Shown piece by piece: positions 1-10,060 of a stretch of DNA of 64,000 nt. The stretch lies in NCBI GenBank assembly GCA_947646915.1, contig CANSII010000006.1, positions 37 through 64,036 on the forward strand, given 5' to 3'. The DNA is from an uncultured Clostridium sp. (GTDB lineage: Bacteria; Bacillota; Clostridia; TANB77; CAG-508). Position 1 is the first letter of the stretch. The number at the start of each line of letters is the position of its first letter. A program made the translations under genes and the position numbers. Below the pieces are notes generated by a model that made no database searches, had not been told where the DNA came from, and saw nothing but the letters and a program-made list of their open reading frames with translations.

Positions 1-1
1 T

Positions 2-194
2 TATTATACCAGGAGGTTACATTGAAAAACCATTTTTTGATTCTTCTATTATTATAGAAGAACTTAGGAGGATAAAAGCTGAAAAAATACATGAACAGAA
101 TCAAATAATGACTCTAAAAGAAATAAAAATAATAGTAAACAATTTTTGGTATAAAATATTGGAATTTTTCAAAATAAGAAAGCAGGTGAAATAA
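2..194 (+). CDS. Hypothetical protein, C-terminal fragment (5' end outside window)
   Basis: Open frame from the window edge, reading ...IIPGGYIEKPFFDSS...KIRKQVK. Its TAA stop overlaps the next ATG (TAATG). Confidence 0.4.
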   Translation, partial: IIPGGYIEKPFFDSSIIIEELRRIKAEKIHEQNQIMTLKEIKIIVNNFWYKILEFFKIRKQVK

Positions 195-679
195 TGTTAG
201 AACAATTTGAGATAAAGGGAAATCTTAATAGAAGAAAAGTAGTTCAATACTTAAAAAATAGTAAAATTGACTTATCAAAATTTACAATACAAGAAAATAA
301 AGATTATCCTGGTGGACTTGAATTAGTAGATAGCAAAAAAAGAAAAATAGTAATATACGATGACTATTTGACAAAAGAGATACGAGTAATATACAAAGAT
401 TTAAATAGAAGCAAACAAAAATTAGAAGCAGATATTGCATTGTTCTCGTGGGATTCATATTTAGAAATTGCAAATAAATTGCATCAAACAGTAAGAATAG
501 AACAGTTGGATGAAAAACATATAAGATTTATAAGAACTATAAAATATGAAGATGGTGCAGCAGAAAAAGTTCATACTAGTCAAATATTTGACCAAAATAG
601 TGACTTATATGATATATATGAATATTTTGACAAAGAGAGTGAATTAATGGTAAAACAAATGCAAAAGGTAGAAGTGTAA
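194..679 (+). CDS. Hypothetical protein, paralog A of a tandem pair
   Basis: ORF track. Shares MLE-FE-K-N--R-KV--YLK, KD-PG, IVI--YLT--I-VIYK and a C-terminal DLYDIYEY motif with 746..1207. Confidence 0.6.
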   Translation: MLEQFEIKGNLNRRKVVQYLKNSKIDLSKFTIQENKDYPGGLELVDSKKRKIVIYDDYLTKEIRVIYKDLNRSKQKLEADIALFSWDSYLEIANKLHQTVRIEQLDEKHIRFIRTIKYEDGAAEKVHTSQIFDQNSDLYDIYEYFDKESELMVKQMQKVEV

Positions 680-745
680 GTTAAATTACTAAGGAATATT
701 GATATACTAGAATTTAAAAATTTTTAAGATTAGAAGGTATGAGAA

Positions 746-1207
746 ATGTTAGAAAACTTAGAATTAAAAGATAACATTTATAGGCAAAAAGTAATTGAAT
801 ATTTAAAAGAAAGTAGATTTGAACTGGATAAGTACAAAATAAAAAATTTCAAGGACTTTCCAGGAGCTATCGAAATGATAGATAAAAAAGGAAGATCTAT
901 TGTAATTTTTTACAATTATCTAACTGAAAATATAGAAGTCATATATAAAGGATTAAAAAGGAATGCTTTAGAAGTATATATATCTATAGTTCAATTTTTA
1001 GTAGATAGATATAAAGAAAAAGCAGCAGAACTAGAAAAATTAGTAGTTGTAGATACTATTGATAAGTATCATATAAGATTTAAAATTAAATTAGAAAAAG
1101 GTAATAATATAACAAAAATTAGTCCAATATTCGATATAGATAATGACTTATATGATATATATGAATATTTAGAAAGTCAAATTGAGGAATTAAATAAGGA
1201 GGTGTAA
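746..1207 (+). CDS. Hypothetical protein, paralog B of a tandem pair
   Basis: ORF track, SD-like AGAAGGT upstream, clear similarity to 194..679. Confidence 0.6.
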   Translation: MLENLELKDNIYRQKVIEYLKESRFELDKYKIKNFKDFPGAIEMIDKKGRSIVIFYNYLTENIEVIYKGLKRNALEVYISIVQFLVDRYKEKAAELEKLVVVDTIDKYHIRFKIKLEKGNNITKISPIFDIDNDLYDIYEYLESQIEELNKEV

Positions 1208-1208
1208 G

Positions 1209-1406
1209 TTGAACTCATTAGAAAAAATTGATATATTAATGTTAAAAACAGAAATAAAACAAAAGTTGAAGAAAAATAAGATTACTAATTTAAAGCAATT
1301 GACTAATTTAAAAAGAAAAGACTTTAGTAAATTAGATTTTAATCAATATGAGATAGAGCAAATAGAGATTAAGCTACAATTAGAAGGATTAGATCTAAAA
1401 AGATAA
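1209..1406 (+). CDS. Small helix-hairpin-helix protein resembling the C-terminal domain of RNA polymerase alpha subunit
   Basis: TTG start directly after the previous stop, preceded by AAGGAGG. The pattern L-L---I---L----ITNLKQL-----DF-KL......IEQIEIKL-LEGLDL resembles the RpoA-CTD HhH fold. Recognised by eye only. Confidence 0.4.
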   Translation: MNSLEKIDILMLKTEIKQKLKKNKITNLKQLTNLKRKDFSKLDFNQYEIEQIEIKLQLEGLDLKR

Positions 1407-1457
1407 GTACGAAGTAGCTTTTTTATTTACCCTTGAAATGACCAATAATAACAATAT

Positions 1458-1486
1458 AAATTATTATTAGTTTCTAATAATAATTT
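1458..1486. promoter_or_regulatory. 13-bp perfect inverted repeat AAATTATTATTAG-N3-CTAATAATAATTT, a candidate operator upstream of the XRE gene
   Basis: Palindrome read directly. A third related copy (AAATAATTATTATTG) lies at about 1515-1529 next to the XRE start. Confidence 0.45.
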
Positions 1487-1549
1487 TAGCAAAATGAGAT
1501 AATGCCATTAAGAAAAATAATTATTATTGTTAGTATTGGAGGCGAGAAA

Positions 1550-1933
1550 ATGAGTAGAGTAGATAGAAGAGAATTTAAAGACTGGAAAGGATTTGGAGCA
1601 AGGACAAGAAAATGTAGAGAAAGTGTGGGAATGACAAGAGAACGATTTGCTGAAATGATAGGCAGAACAGAAAATTATCTATTAAGCCTAGAAAAAGGTG
1701 ATAAAAGTTGTAGCATACACACACTACATCAGATTTGTACATCTTTAAAAGAATCTCCAGATTACATATTATATGGTGATGGTATGGAAAAGGAAAAAGA
1801 AAACACAGATAAAGAAATATTATTAGAAATTATAAATAAATGTAATTCAAAGCAATTAAGAATTTTAAGAGAAGTTGTTGTTGCAATTTTTCCTAATTTT
1901 CCTGACATTATAGAAGAGAATGATAACGATTAA
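1550..1933 (+). CDS. XRE-family helix-turn-helix transcriptional regulator
   Basis: ATG at 1550 after GGAGG. Motif GMTRERFAEMIGRTENYLLSLEKGDKSCSIHTLHQICTSL is typical of HTH_3/XRE. The ORF-track start at 1502 lacks an SD. Confidence 0.8.
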   Translation: MSRVDRREFKDWKGFGARTRKCRESVGMTRERFAEMIGRTENYLLSLEKGDKSCSIHTLHQICTSLKESPDYILYGDGMEKEKENTDKEILLEIINKCNSKQLRILREVVVAIFPNFPDIIEENDND

Positions 1934-1946
1934 ATTTATATGAATA

Positions 1947-2055
1947 GGGAAAAATTTGGGAATTGATAAAGTGAATTCTTGTAGATATAATGATACCATC
2001 AAAAAAGTAGATAAGTGCCAAGCAATTGGTGCTTATTTTTTGCACTTTTTTGATG
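1947..2055 (+). promoter_or_regulatory. Promoter module copy 1: GGGAA-N6-GGGAA, TTGATA-N17-TATAAT, leader hairpin and U-tract
   Basis: Boxes at 1947 and 1958, -35 at 1963, -10 at 1986. Hairpin ATAAGTGCC/GGTGCTTAT with G-U pairs, then T6. An outer stem CATCAAAAAAGT/ACTTTTTTGATG is also possible. Confidence 0.7.
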
Positions 2056-2083
2056 TGAAATTTACAAGAAAGGAGCTATAAAG

Positions 2084-3097
2084 ATGAGTGAACAAATACA
2101 GCAGCTTTTTAAAAAAGCATTGCAAAATCGAAATCAGGAGGAAGAAAAAGCACAAGAGGAAAAAAAGAAAGTAGAGGAACTTGAAGAAAATAATTCTCAG
2201 CAAATTCCTGAAGTAAAAGAAGACATTAAAACAATAGAAGATTCTAAAATAGAAGAACCAAAAGTTGAAGAAGATTTAGAAGATAACAAAGAAAAAAGAA
2301 TAATGATAAGTATCGACAAATTAGAAGATTTTCCAAATCAACCATTTAAGCCTTATTCAAAAGAAAAACAAGCAGAAATGATAGAAAGTATCAAAATTAA
2401 TGGTATTATTCAAGACTTAATTGTAAGACCATTACCAAATGGTAAGTATCAAATTTTAAGTGGACACAATAGAAGAGATTGTGCAAAAATAGTTGGACTA
2501 ACTGAACTTCCATGTAAGATTAAAGATATAGAGGATGATGATGCAAATTTGATTTTAATTGATAGCAATCTTATTCAAAGAAAAGACTTTTTTCCTTCAG
2601 AAATGGCAAAAGGGCTACTAATTAAAAAAGAGATTTACAAAAAAAGAAATGTAAAAAGTGATTTCTTTGAAGAAATTGGAAAAGAACAAAATATGAGTCG
2701 AGGAAATATTCAGAGATATTTACGATTAAATTATCTTAATTCAAAACTACTAGAAATGGTTGATTCTAAAGAGATAAATATAAAACTAGGAGAAGAATTA
2801 TCATTCTTAAAAGATGAAGAACAAGAGTTTTTAGCAAGTTTAATTTATCCAAATGTACAAAAATTAACAACTAGTCAAGTAAAAAAACTAAGAGAAGAAT
2901 CAAGTGTTGATAATTTAACAGAAGATAAAATAATAGAAATACTAGAAAAGAAAGATACTGAAGAGAAAGAAAATAAGGGAGAAATTACTTTTTCAAGTGA
3001 TGAATTAAATAAATACTTTAAAGATTTTGGAACAACAGAAGAAATTAAAGAATTTATTATTGTTATGCTAGAAGCATACTTTGGAAATAAGGTGTAA
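2084..3097 (+). CDS. ParB/Srx-like N-terminal domain protein (ParB-like nuclease/partition family)
   Basis: Reads ISIDKLEDFPNQPF...IIQDLIVRPLPNGKYQILSGHNRRDCAKIVGLTELPCKI, a ParB-type GxxRR box. Acidic/lysine-rich N-terminus. Confidence 0.8.
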   Translation: MSEQIQQLFKKALQNRNQEEEKAQEEKKKVEELEENNSQQIPEVKEDIKTIEDSKIEEPKVEEDLEDNKEKRIMISIDKLEDFPNQPFKPYSKEKQAEMIESIKINGIIQDLIVRPLPNGKYQILSGHNRRDCAKIVGLTELPCKIKDIEDDDANLILIDSNLIQRKDFFPSEMAKGLLIKKEIYKKRNVKSDFFEEIGKEQNMSRGNIQRYLRLNYLNSKLLEMVDSKEINIKLGEELSFLKDEEQEFLASLIYPNVQKLTTSQVKKLREESSVDNLTEDKIIEILEKKDTEEKENKGEITFSSDELNKYFKDFGTTEEIKEFIIVMLEAYFGNKV

Positions 3098-3100
3098 TAT

Positions 3101-3547
3101 ATGGCAAGAACAGAAAGAGTAAATGCGGTTGTAACTTCTAAAACAAAGAAGGCATTAGAAAAATTATCTTCTACTACTGGTATATCACAATCAGAAATTA
3201 TAAATATTGCAATTCAAGAACACTTAAAAGTAAAAAGTGCAAAAGAAGATATAAACTTTATAACTAAAGAGATAGATAGGGCAATAGATTCTAAACTAGA
3301 TTCTTATCATAATAGATTATTTAGACTATTAGCAAAAATGACAAAAGCAATATTTACATCTCTCTATATAAATGGTCATATGTTGTCATATATGTGCAAC
3401 AGTAATATTAGTCAAGAATTTTTAAAGAAGGAAATAGAAATAGCAAACAAAAAAGCATATCAAGTTTTAAGAAGTGGATTTTTAGAAGAAGATGTAACAC
3501 AGTTATTTCCTTCTAATTTAAAAGACTTTGATGAGGATAATGAATGA
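3101..3547 (+). CDS. Ribbon-helix-helix-like protein, possible relaxosome accessory factor
   Basis: N-terminus RVNAVVTSKTKKALEKLSSTTGISQSEIINIAIQEHL fits an RHH strand-helix-helix. Stop overlaps the relaxase start (ATGA). Confidence 0.5.
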   Translation: MARTERVNAVVTSKTKKALEKLSSTTGISQSEIINIAIQEHLKVKSAKEDINFITKEIDRAIDSKLDSYHNRLFRLLAKMTKAIFTSLYINGHMLSYMCNSNISQEFLKKEIEIANKKAYQVLRSGFLEEDVTQLFPSNLKDFDEDNE

Positions 3548-4845
3548 CAGATAGTGAAAATGGAAAAGTAATATTCAAATGGGTTATGGATGATAAACAC
3601 AAAAAGCAGAGTATTCAAAGCTATATTAACAAGTTGCATATAGATTATATTGCAACAAGACCAGGAACAGATTATGGAGATGAAAAACATGGACTATTTG
3701 GATATATGCAAAATACAGATAATGTAGAGCAAATGGACTTAAAAAATATAGAGAAGTATGCACAAAATATCAGTAATCAAGGAGTAAAAATTATTAAAAC
3801 AATAATTTCACTACGAGAAGAAGATGCTATAAAAAAAGCAATTACAAACAAATCAGCTTGGAAAAGTATTTTAAAAGATAGAATAAGAGGAATTGCTGAA
3901 GAATATAATATTGAATTTCAAAATTTGGAGTGGGTTGCGAGTTACCATATGGAAAAAGGACACCCACATGCACATCTTGTTTTTTGGGATATTTCTCAAT
4001 TAACAGATTATAAAAAAAGGTCCTATGTAAATTTTAAAAATATTAGGAAGCATATTGCAAAAGGAATTTTTAAAGAAGATTTAGATGACTTATATGAAAA
4101 ACAAAACCAATTTAAAAAGGACATTTTAACAGATGTTAAACAATTTAATAAAGAATTTAAAATTGAAGAAGAAATTATTATGCAGCTAAAAGAAGAAATG
4201 CCAAGTATCTATAATAATCCAATTTTAAATTGTAGGTTTGTAGATTCAGGAGTTCAAAAAATTAGTAACAATTTAAAAGAATTGAAAAGTAAATTACATA
4301 ATTATAAATATCAAGATCAGACAAAAGAGGTAAAGGTATTGATTGATGATACTTCTCATTTAATTCTAAATTCTTCAAGAGATTGCTTTAATACATATGT
4401 TGCCTATGTAAAGACTAATATAAAAATTGGCGAAATATTAGCACAAACAGATACACCAGAGCAATTAAACAATGTGAAAAGTAAAGCAGAAAACTTTATG
4501 CTAAATAAAATGGGAAATCAGATATTGAAATTTTTAAAAAGTGAAGAGTTTGAAAAAAGAAGAAAAGAAGAATATGAACAGAAAATAAAAGAATATGAAG
4601 AGAAAAGAATGATAAGAGAACAAGAATTTTTGGAAGAGCAAATAGACTATTTAGAAAGTCAATTTAAAAATGATGCAACAAGATTATTTTCAGAAATATT
4701 TCATTTGCTTAACCAAGAACAGATTTCAAGCGAAGGAAGATATGGAAGTTTAAAGACGAAATATTCAAGTCTTTCTAAACAAGCAAAGAAAGAAAAGTAT
4801 TTAGAACAGAGAAATACTTCTGGAATTGACTGGTTTGCATTGTAA
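3544..4845 (+). CDS. Relaxase / mobilisation nuclease (HUH-type, MOB-P-like)
   Basis: Histidine cluster YHMEKGHPHAHLVFWD and a long coiled-coil C-terminus. Sits between the RHH protein and the coupling protein. Confidence 0.65.
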   Translation: MTDSENGKVIFKWVMDDKHKKQSIQSYINKLHIDYIATRPGTDYGDEKHGLFGYMQNTDNVEQMDLKNIEKYAQNISNQGVKIIKTIISLREEDAIKKAITNKSAWKSILKDRIRGIAEEYNIEFQNLEWVASYHMEKGHPHAHLVFWDISQLTDYKKRSYVNFKNIRKHIAKGIFKEDLDDLYEKQNQFKKDILTDVKQFNKEFKIEEEIIMQLKEEMPSIYNNPILNCRFVDSGVQKISNNLKELKSKLHNYKYQDQTKEVKVLIDDTSHLILNSSRDCFNTYVAYVKTNIKIGEILAQTDTPEQLNNVKSKAENFMLNKMGNQILKFLKSEEFEKRRKEEYEQKIKEYEEKRMIREQEFLEEQIDYLESQFKNDATRLFSEIFHLLNQEQISSEGRYGSLKTKYSSLSKQAKKEKYLEQRNTSGIDWFAL

Positions 4846-4893
4846 TTAAATGACTTTTAAAGTAGTTTAAAACTAATTTAAAGGAGAATTACA

Positions 4894-6937
4894 ATGGGAA
4901 AAAGAATAAGTAAAAAAATTGTAACTCTTCTTATAGCTTTTATAATTTCAATAATTTTATCTGCTGTTATATCAACTTGTTTACATCTAATATTTACTAA
5001 AAACCCAGAAGCAATATTAGAATTAAATCCCAGCAAAATAATAGGTAGTATTTTAACAAATGCTCAAAATAGACAAATGTTTTATCTGATTATTTTAGCA
5101 TTTATGACACTTGCATGTGTTTCTGTATTTAAAGTATTTAAATTAAATGATTATCATGCAAAGATATACCAAGTAACACCAGAAATTGAAATTCCACTTC
5201 CTGTAGGAAAAAATCAAACACAACATCGGCTCTGCATGGTGGTTAGAAAAAAAGAAATTCAAAAACAATTTTGGAATTAATGTAATAGATCCATTAAATC
5301 CAACAATAGCAACTTTATTAAATAAAGAAGATACAACACAAGTAGAACCTATATTTAAAAAAGGTGGTCTAACAGTTGGAAAGAATACAAAGAATAAATA
5401 CAAAATTGAGCTAAAGAAAAGCAAATTTAAAATACCATATTTAAAAATAAAGAAACGAAAGATAGAAGAAGTCTATTATATAGCCGACAATTTGCATTCA
5501 TTAACTATTGGTGCAACAAGGTCTCGGAAAAACAAGGTCAGTTGTACTTGAAACAATAAACAATACAGCACTTGCTGGAGAAAGTATGATAATTAGTGAT
5601 CCTAAAGGAGAATTGTATGAGTACACCTGCAAAGAACTAGAACAACTTGGCTATAAGGTACTTACATTAGACTTTAAAAATCCTTTAAAATCTAGTCATT
5701 ATAACTTTTTACAACCAGTTATAGATGCAGTAAATAAGCGGAGATATTCCTTTAGCAGAAAATAGAGCAAGTGACATAGTTTCATCGCTAGTTGGAGAAG
5801 CAAAGCGGTGAGAAAATTTGGAATGATGGTGAAAAAAGTGTTATAAAAGCAGGTATTATGGCTGTTGTTATGGAAAATAAAGAACATCCAGAATATCAAA
5901 ATCTGGTAAATGTTTATAATTTTCTATCAGAAATGTGTATGGAACAGCCAGATAAAACAATGCTTATGGACACATTTTTAGAAGGATTACCAAAGAATCA
6001 TCCAGCAGTTTCCGCTTTTGCACCTGCAAGAATAGCACCTAGTAAAACTAGAGCAAGTTTCTTTACAAGTGCATTAAATACATTAAATATTTTTACAGAT
6101 AGTTACATTGCTTCTATGATTTCTTCAACAGATATTTCAGCAGAAGAACTTGGAGCAAATCGTATAATTCTATATTGTATATTACCAGATGAAAAAGTTA
6201 CAATGTATGGATTATGTTCATTATTTGTGAACCAAATTTACATGGGGTTGGTAGAATATGCAGATGCTAGAGGTGGACAACTTAAAAATAGAGTAAACTT
6301 TATTTTAGATGAGTTTGGTAACTTTAGTCAGATTCCAAACTTTGGAGGGTTTCTAACTGTTGGTGGAGGAAGAAAAATAAGATTTAACTTATTTTTACAA
6401 TCTTTCGCACAATTAAATGAAAAGTATGGAGATAACACAGCACAAAATATTTTAGATAACTGCTATGTATGGAATTATTTAAAGACATCAAATGATGTAA
6501 CCGCAGAAAAAATTAGTAAAAAGATTGGAAATTATACAACTACTAATTTTTCAGAAAGCAACTCTTCAAATGGTGGAAGTAGTAATATTAGCACATCAAG
6601 TTCTATGAATTTATCTGCTAGACCATTACTTACATCGGATGAAATACTAAGGATAAATAGACCTTATCTTTTAGTTATGTGTTCTGGTAAACAACCAGCA
6701 ATGACACAAGCACCAGATTTAAGTGGATGGTACTTTAATCAGATGCTTGGTATGGGAGATGAGGAATTTAATAGGAAATTAAGAGAGGAAAGAGAAAAAG
6801 AGAGAATAGAAAAACCTGTTCAAGAAGTTAAATTATGGGATATTGCTGATGTCACTAAGGAAGTCAAAAAGATTCTTGAAGAAGAAAAAAGGGCTGAATT
6901 AGAAAGACAAAGAGCAGAAAGATTTAGACACATATAA
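4894..6937 (+). CDS. Type IV coupling protein (VirD4/TraG/TcpA family), interrupted by four in-frame CGG sites that each need a +1 shift
   Basis: Two N-terminal TM helices. After skipping C at 5227, 5525, 5739 and 5806 the protein is continuous: QHGSAWW, Walker A IGATRSGKT, Walker B NFILDEFGNF. The ORF-track pieces 4894-5280, 5508-5765 and 5792-6937 are fragments of it. Confidence 0.9.
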
Positions 6938-6953
6938 AAGGAGGTCCTATAAG

Positions 6954-7332
6954 ATGACTAAAATGAAAAGTTTTTTTAGAAATACAATTAGAAGAATATC
7001 AAAGGTAACAGCATGGGTAGTAATGTTATTTACAATGCAAATGACAAAATCATGTTTCGCAGCAGTTGATGAAGTATCTGGTGGAGGTTCAATTCAAAGT
7101 AGTAAAATTGGAACAGGAATTATGAGAATGGTAAAAGACTTAACAGGTACACTTCAATGGATAATTCCAACTGCTGGAGTTATGGTTATACTATTTTATG
7201 TTTTTAAAATTATGACTCGGAGATGAACAAGACCAACAAAGATATAAGAAAACAATTATAAAAGTTTTAATTTGTATTATAGTTAGCATTTTAGCAGTTA
7301 CAATAGTAAATTTAGTTGCTGGATATTTTTAG
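6954..7332 (+). CDS. Small secreted two-TM protein, VirB2/TrbC-pilin-like; one CGG +1 site at 7218
   Basis: Signal-peptide-like N-terminus ending CFA-AV. After skipping C7218 it reads FKIMTGDEQDQQRYKKTIIKVLICIIVSILAVTIVNLVAGYF. The FKIM-GDE--D--RY motif is shared with 10061..10685. Confidence 0.6.
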
Positions 7333-7351
7333 AATAAAGGAGTAAAGAAAA

Positions 7352-8131
7352 ATGGCACAGGAATTAGAATTAGAAAAAACTAAAAAGCAAATAGAGTTAG
7401 AAAGATTAGAAAAGGAAAATAACAATTTAGACAAATTGGCTGAACAATTAGGAGAACTTGAAAGAATGATACAACAAGAAAGAATTGATCAAGCTATTAT
7501 GTCTGAAGATGTTGAAAAAACTCTAAATAAGGCCACAGAAGAAAAAAGAAAAAAAGAAGAAGAAGAAGCTAAAAAAATTATACTGATGAGAGAACAAAGG
7601 AAGAAAGAACTTGAAGAAGATGAAAGAAAATTACAAGCAGATCTTTCAAATAAAATACAGGGTTCTGTTTCAGAAAATGAAAAGATATATGGCTACATTA
7701 AAAGATATGTTTTGATTGGATTAGTGACTGGAATACCAGGTATTGCTATTGCATATTTGTTTGACAGATGGCAAGACAATAAGATGGTAGAAGACTTGTA
7801 TGAAGCACATATTGATATGATTCAAAATCCAAATAATGTAGAATTAGAAAGAACTTATCAAAAGAAAAAACTAGAATTTTCCAGAGTTTATAAAATAGAT
7901 AAAATAGAAAAACTAATTAAAGAATCTGATGTTGTTTCAAAATTGCAAAAAGATAGAAAGGCATTAGAACAACTTAGTAATGAAGTTGAAAAAGCAAGGG
8001 AAGTTATAAACAAAAAAATAGATGAAGCAATAGAAAAAGAATCAAAATTGCAAGAACAAAACGAAAGAGAACAAATGATATGTGAAGAAGAAATGGAAGA
8101 AGAACTAGAAAGAATGCCACCACAACCCTAG
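7352..8131 (+). CDS. Coiled-coil protein with one central TM helix
   Basis: ORF track, SD AAAGGAG upstream, E/K-rich heptad-like sequence flanking YVLIGLVTGIPGIAIAYLF. Confidence 0.6.
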   Translation: MAQELELEKTKKQIELERLEKENNNLDKLAEQLGELERMIQQERIDQAIMSEDVEKTLNKATEEKRKKEEEEAKKIILMREQRKKELEEDERKLQADLSNKIQGSVSENEKIYGYIKRYVLIGLVTGIPGIAIAYLFDRWQDNKMVEDLYEAHIDMIQNPNNVELERTYQKKKLEFSRVYKIDKIEKLIKESDVVSKLQKDRKALEQLSNEVEKAREVINKKIDEAIEKESKLQEQNEREQMICEEEMEEELERMPPQP

Positions 8132-8230
8132 GGAAAAAATTGGGAATTGAAAGCAACTTTTCCTAAAGATATAATGATAGTATTGAAAAGAGTCATTACT
8201 AAGTCTTGCGACTTGGTATTACTCTTTTTT
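8131..8230 (+). promoter_or_regulatory. Promoter module copy 2
   Basis: GGGAA at 8131 (overlapping the TAG stop) and 8142, TTGAAA at 8147, 17-nt spacer, TATAAT at 8170. Hairpin AGAGTCATTACTAAGTC/GACTTGGTATTACTCT then T6. Confidence 0.75.
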
Positions 8231-8264
8231 CATTATAATTATATTTAAGGAAGGAGAAAAAGCA

Positions 8265-9108
8265 ATGGCAGTTTTGGTAGGAACTATTATTACATATATA
8301 TTAAGTTGGTTAGCAGAAGCTATACTTTCGTGGTTTAGTGGAGTTTACGATACAATGTTCTGGAATCGGATTTGCAATAGAAATTAATTTTAGAAATTTG
8401 GAAAATTTCAATATTGGTGGATTATATAATGCAATTTATACTTTTGCCATAGCAGTATTAATAATTCTTTTTATAAAAAAGATGATAGAAACTTATCTTG
8501 CTTGGTCAAGTGGAGATCCAGATAATAACCCATTAAACATATTAATAGGATTTTTAAAGGCAATGATTATAATGATTACATTTGGTTTCATATATACAAA
8601 ATTCGCAAATGTATTTTATGAGTTTTTCTATAATCTATTACAAGGAATGACAGGCTCAAAAGATATAGTAACAGTAGAAGCTAGTAATTTAGCTTTTAAT
8701 GTTTTTGGAGCGATTTTATATTTAGTAATAGCAATACAATTAGCACTATTGTATTTCCAATTTATAACTCGTGGAATAGAAATGTTTATCCTAAGACTTG
8801 GAATGCCTTTTGCTTCCATCGGTCTGTTAAATAGCGATGGTGGGGCATTCAAAGGATATATTAAAAAGTTTATGACTAATGCTTTTACAATAATTGTTCA
8901 ATTATTATTAATGCAATTAGCAATTATTTTAATGAATAAAGGTAAATTTGTTCTATCGCTATCAACCTCATCCATAGCTTTAAGAACACCTCATATGTTA
9001 CAAGAGTTTATGAGTACAGCTGGTGGTGGTAGTGTATCAGGAAAAATAAGTACAGTTACAAGAGTAGTAAATACCTTTAGAGGTGGAATTGGAAAAGGTA
9101 AAAAATAA
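8265..9108 (+). CDS. Polytopic membrane protein, VirB6/TrbL-like T4SS channel component; one CGG +1 site at 8367
   Basis: ATG at 8265 after GGAAGGAG. Skipping C8367 joins MAVLVGTIITYILSWLAEAILSWFSGVYDTMFWN to GFAIEINF... At least 6 predicted TM segments and a Gly-rich tail. Confidence 0.65.
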
Positions 9109-9137
9109 CCAAAAGAACGGAGAACGGAGAATGAAAA

Positions 9138-9521
9138 ATGGAAGTAGATGATTTTTTAAAATATATGTTAAATTTTTTTCAAAATATAGATAAACAGGCA
9201 CAAAAAATATCTGAAGAGTTAAGTCAAAAAGATTTAGAAAGACAAGATATTTTGCATTATATAGAAAATACAGAACTTAATGCAGCAGGATATGCTAGAG
9301 TAGGGAAACTTTTAAAAAGAGTAAGTGTTGAAAGAAGAGAAATAAAAAAAGAATTAGAAAAAATAAATTGCTTAAAAGATAAATTGGCAAATAAATACAA
9401 TAATAAACTAATTGCAGGAGATATAATAAAAGCACTAAAAGGATTACAGACAATAAATAATAGAAAAGGAAACTATGTAAATAGAACTGAAATCTTAAAG
9501 GAATTAACAGAAACAGTTTGA
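9138..9521 (+). CDS. Hypothetical coiled-coil protein
   Basis: ORF track, GGAG 8 nt upstream of the ATG. Confidence 0.55.
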   Translation: MEVDDFLKYMLNFFQNIDKQAQKISEELSQKDLERQDILHYIENTELNAAGYARVGKLLKRVSVERREIKKELEKINCLKDKLANKYNNKLIAGDIIKALKGLQTINNRKGNYVNRTEILKELTETV

Positions 9522-9540
9522 TTACAGTTAGGAGCAAAAA

Positions 9541-10002
9541 ATGGTAACATACCTTAGGAAAAGTATTAATAATGTCATACATAGAAATAAAAAATTTAGT
9601 TTAACATATTTAAACGAAAAAGGAGAAACTAGGACATTAAAAAGTCAAAAGGACTTATTCAGTTTATGTATGGCATTAATGAATGAAAGTGAATTAATAG
9701 AAAATGGAATTATTGAACAATACAGTTTTGATGTTGACAATGCTTGCAAATATGCTTGGGGGTTTGATACAAAAAAAGCATTATTTACGATTATAAATAA
9801 TTTAGAACATCTTGATATAACACTTATTCAAGCTACTTATAATAAAAATCAAATATATTCTTTTAGAAACGAAAATTTAAAACTGGAAGAATTAGAAAAT
9901 GTAAAACAACAAAGAGATGTTTATAAAAAACAAGTAGATGTTCAAAAAAAGATAATAGAAATATATCAAGACAAAGAAGAGGACGAAGAACTAGAAATTT
10001 AA
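9541..10002 (+). CDS. Hypothetical protein with acidic tail (EEDEELEI)
   Basis: ORF track, AGGAG upstream. Confidence 0.55.
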   Translation: MVTYLRKSINNVIHRNKKFSLTYLNEKGETRTLKSQKDLFSLCMALMNESELIENGIIEQYSFDVDNACKYAWGFDTKKALFTIINNLEHLDITLIQATYNKNQIYSFRNENLKLEELENVKQQRDVYKKQVDVQKKIIEIYQDKEEDEELEI

Positions 10003-10060
10003 AATGAGAGGAAAATGAAAAAGAGTATATAGGGATAATATAAAAAAGAGGAGTAAAAAA

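Noticed and set aside
2000-2055. The long outer inverted repeat of module copy 1 (CATCAAAAAAGT...ACTTTTTTGATG) as oriT
   Set aside because: The same A-tract/hairpin/T-tract design occurs in all nine modules, so it is part of the module. No nic-site-like conserved sequence could be identified. The location of oriT remains unknown.
9115-9128. Tandem GAACGGA GAACGGA upstream of ORF 9138, considered as evidence that C is inserted before GGA in non-coding DNA too (AAGGAG to AACGGAG)
   Set aside because: GGAG at 9126-9129 is already a well-spaced SD, so the sequence needs no correction and cannot discriminate between the models.
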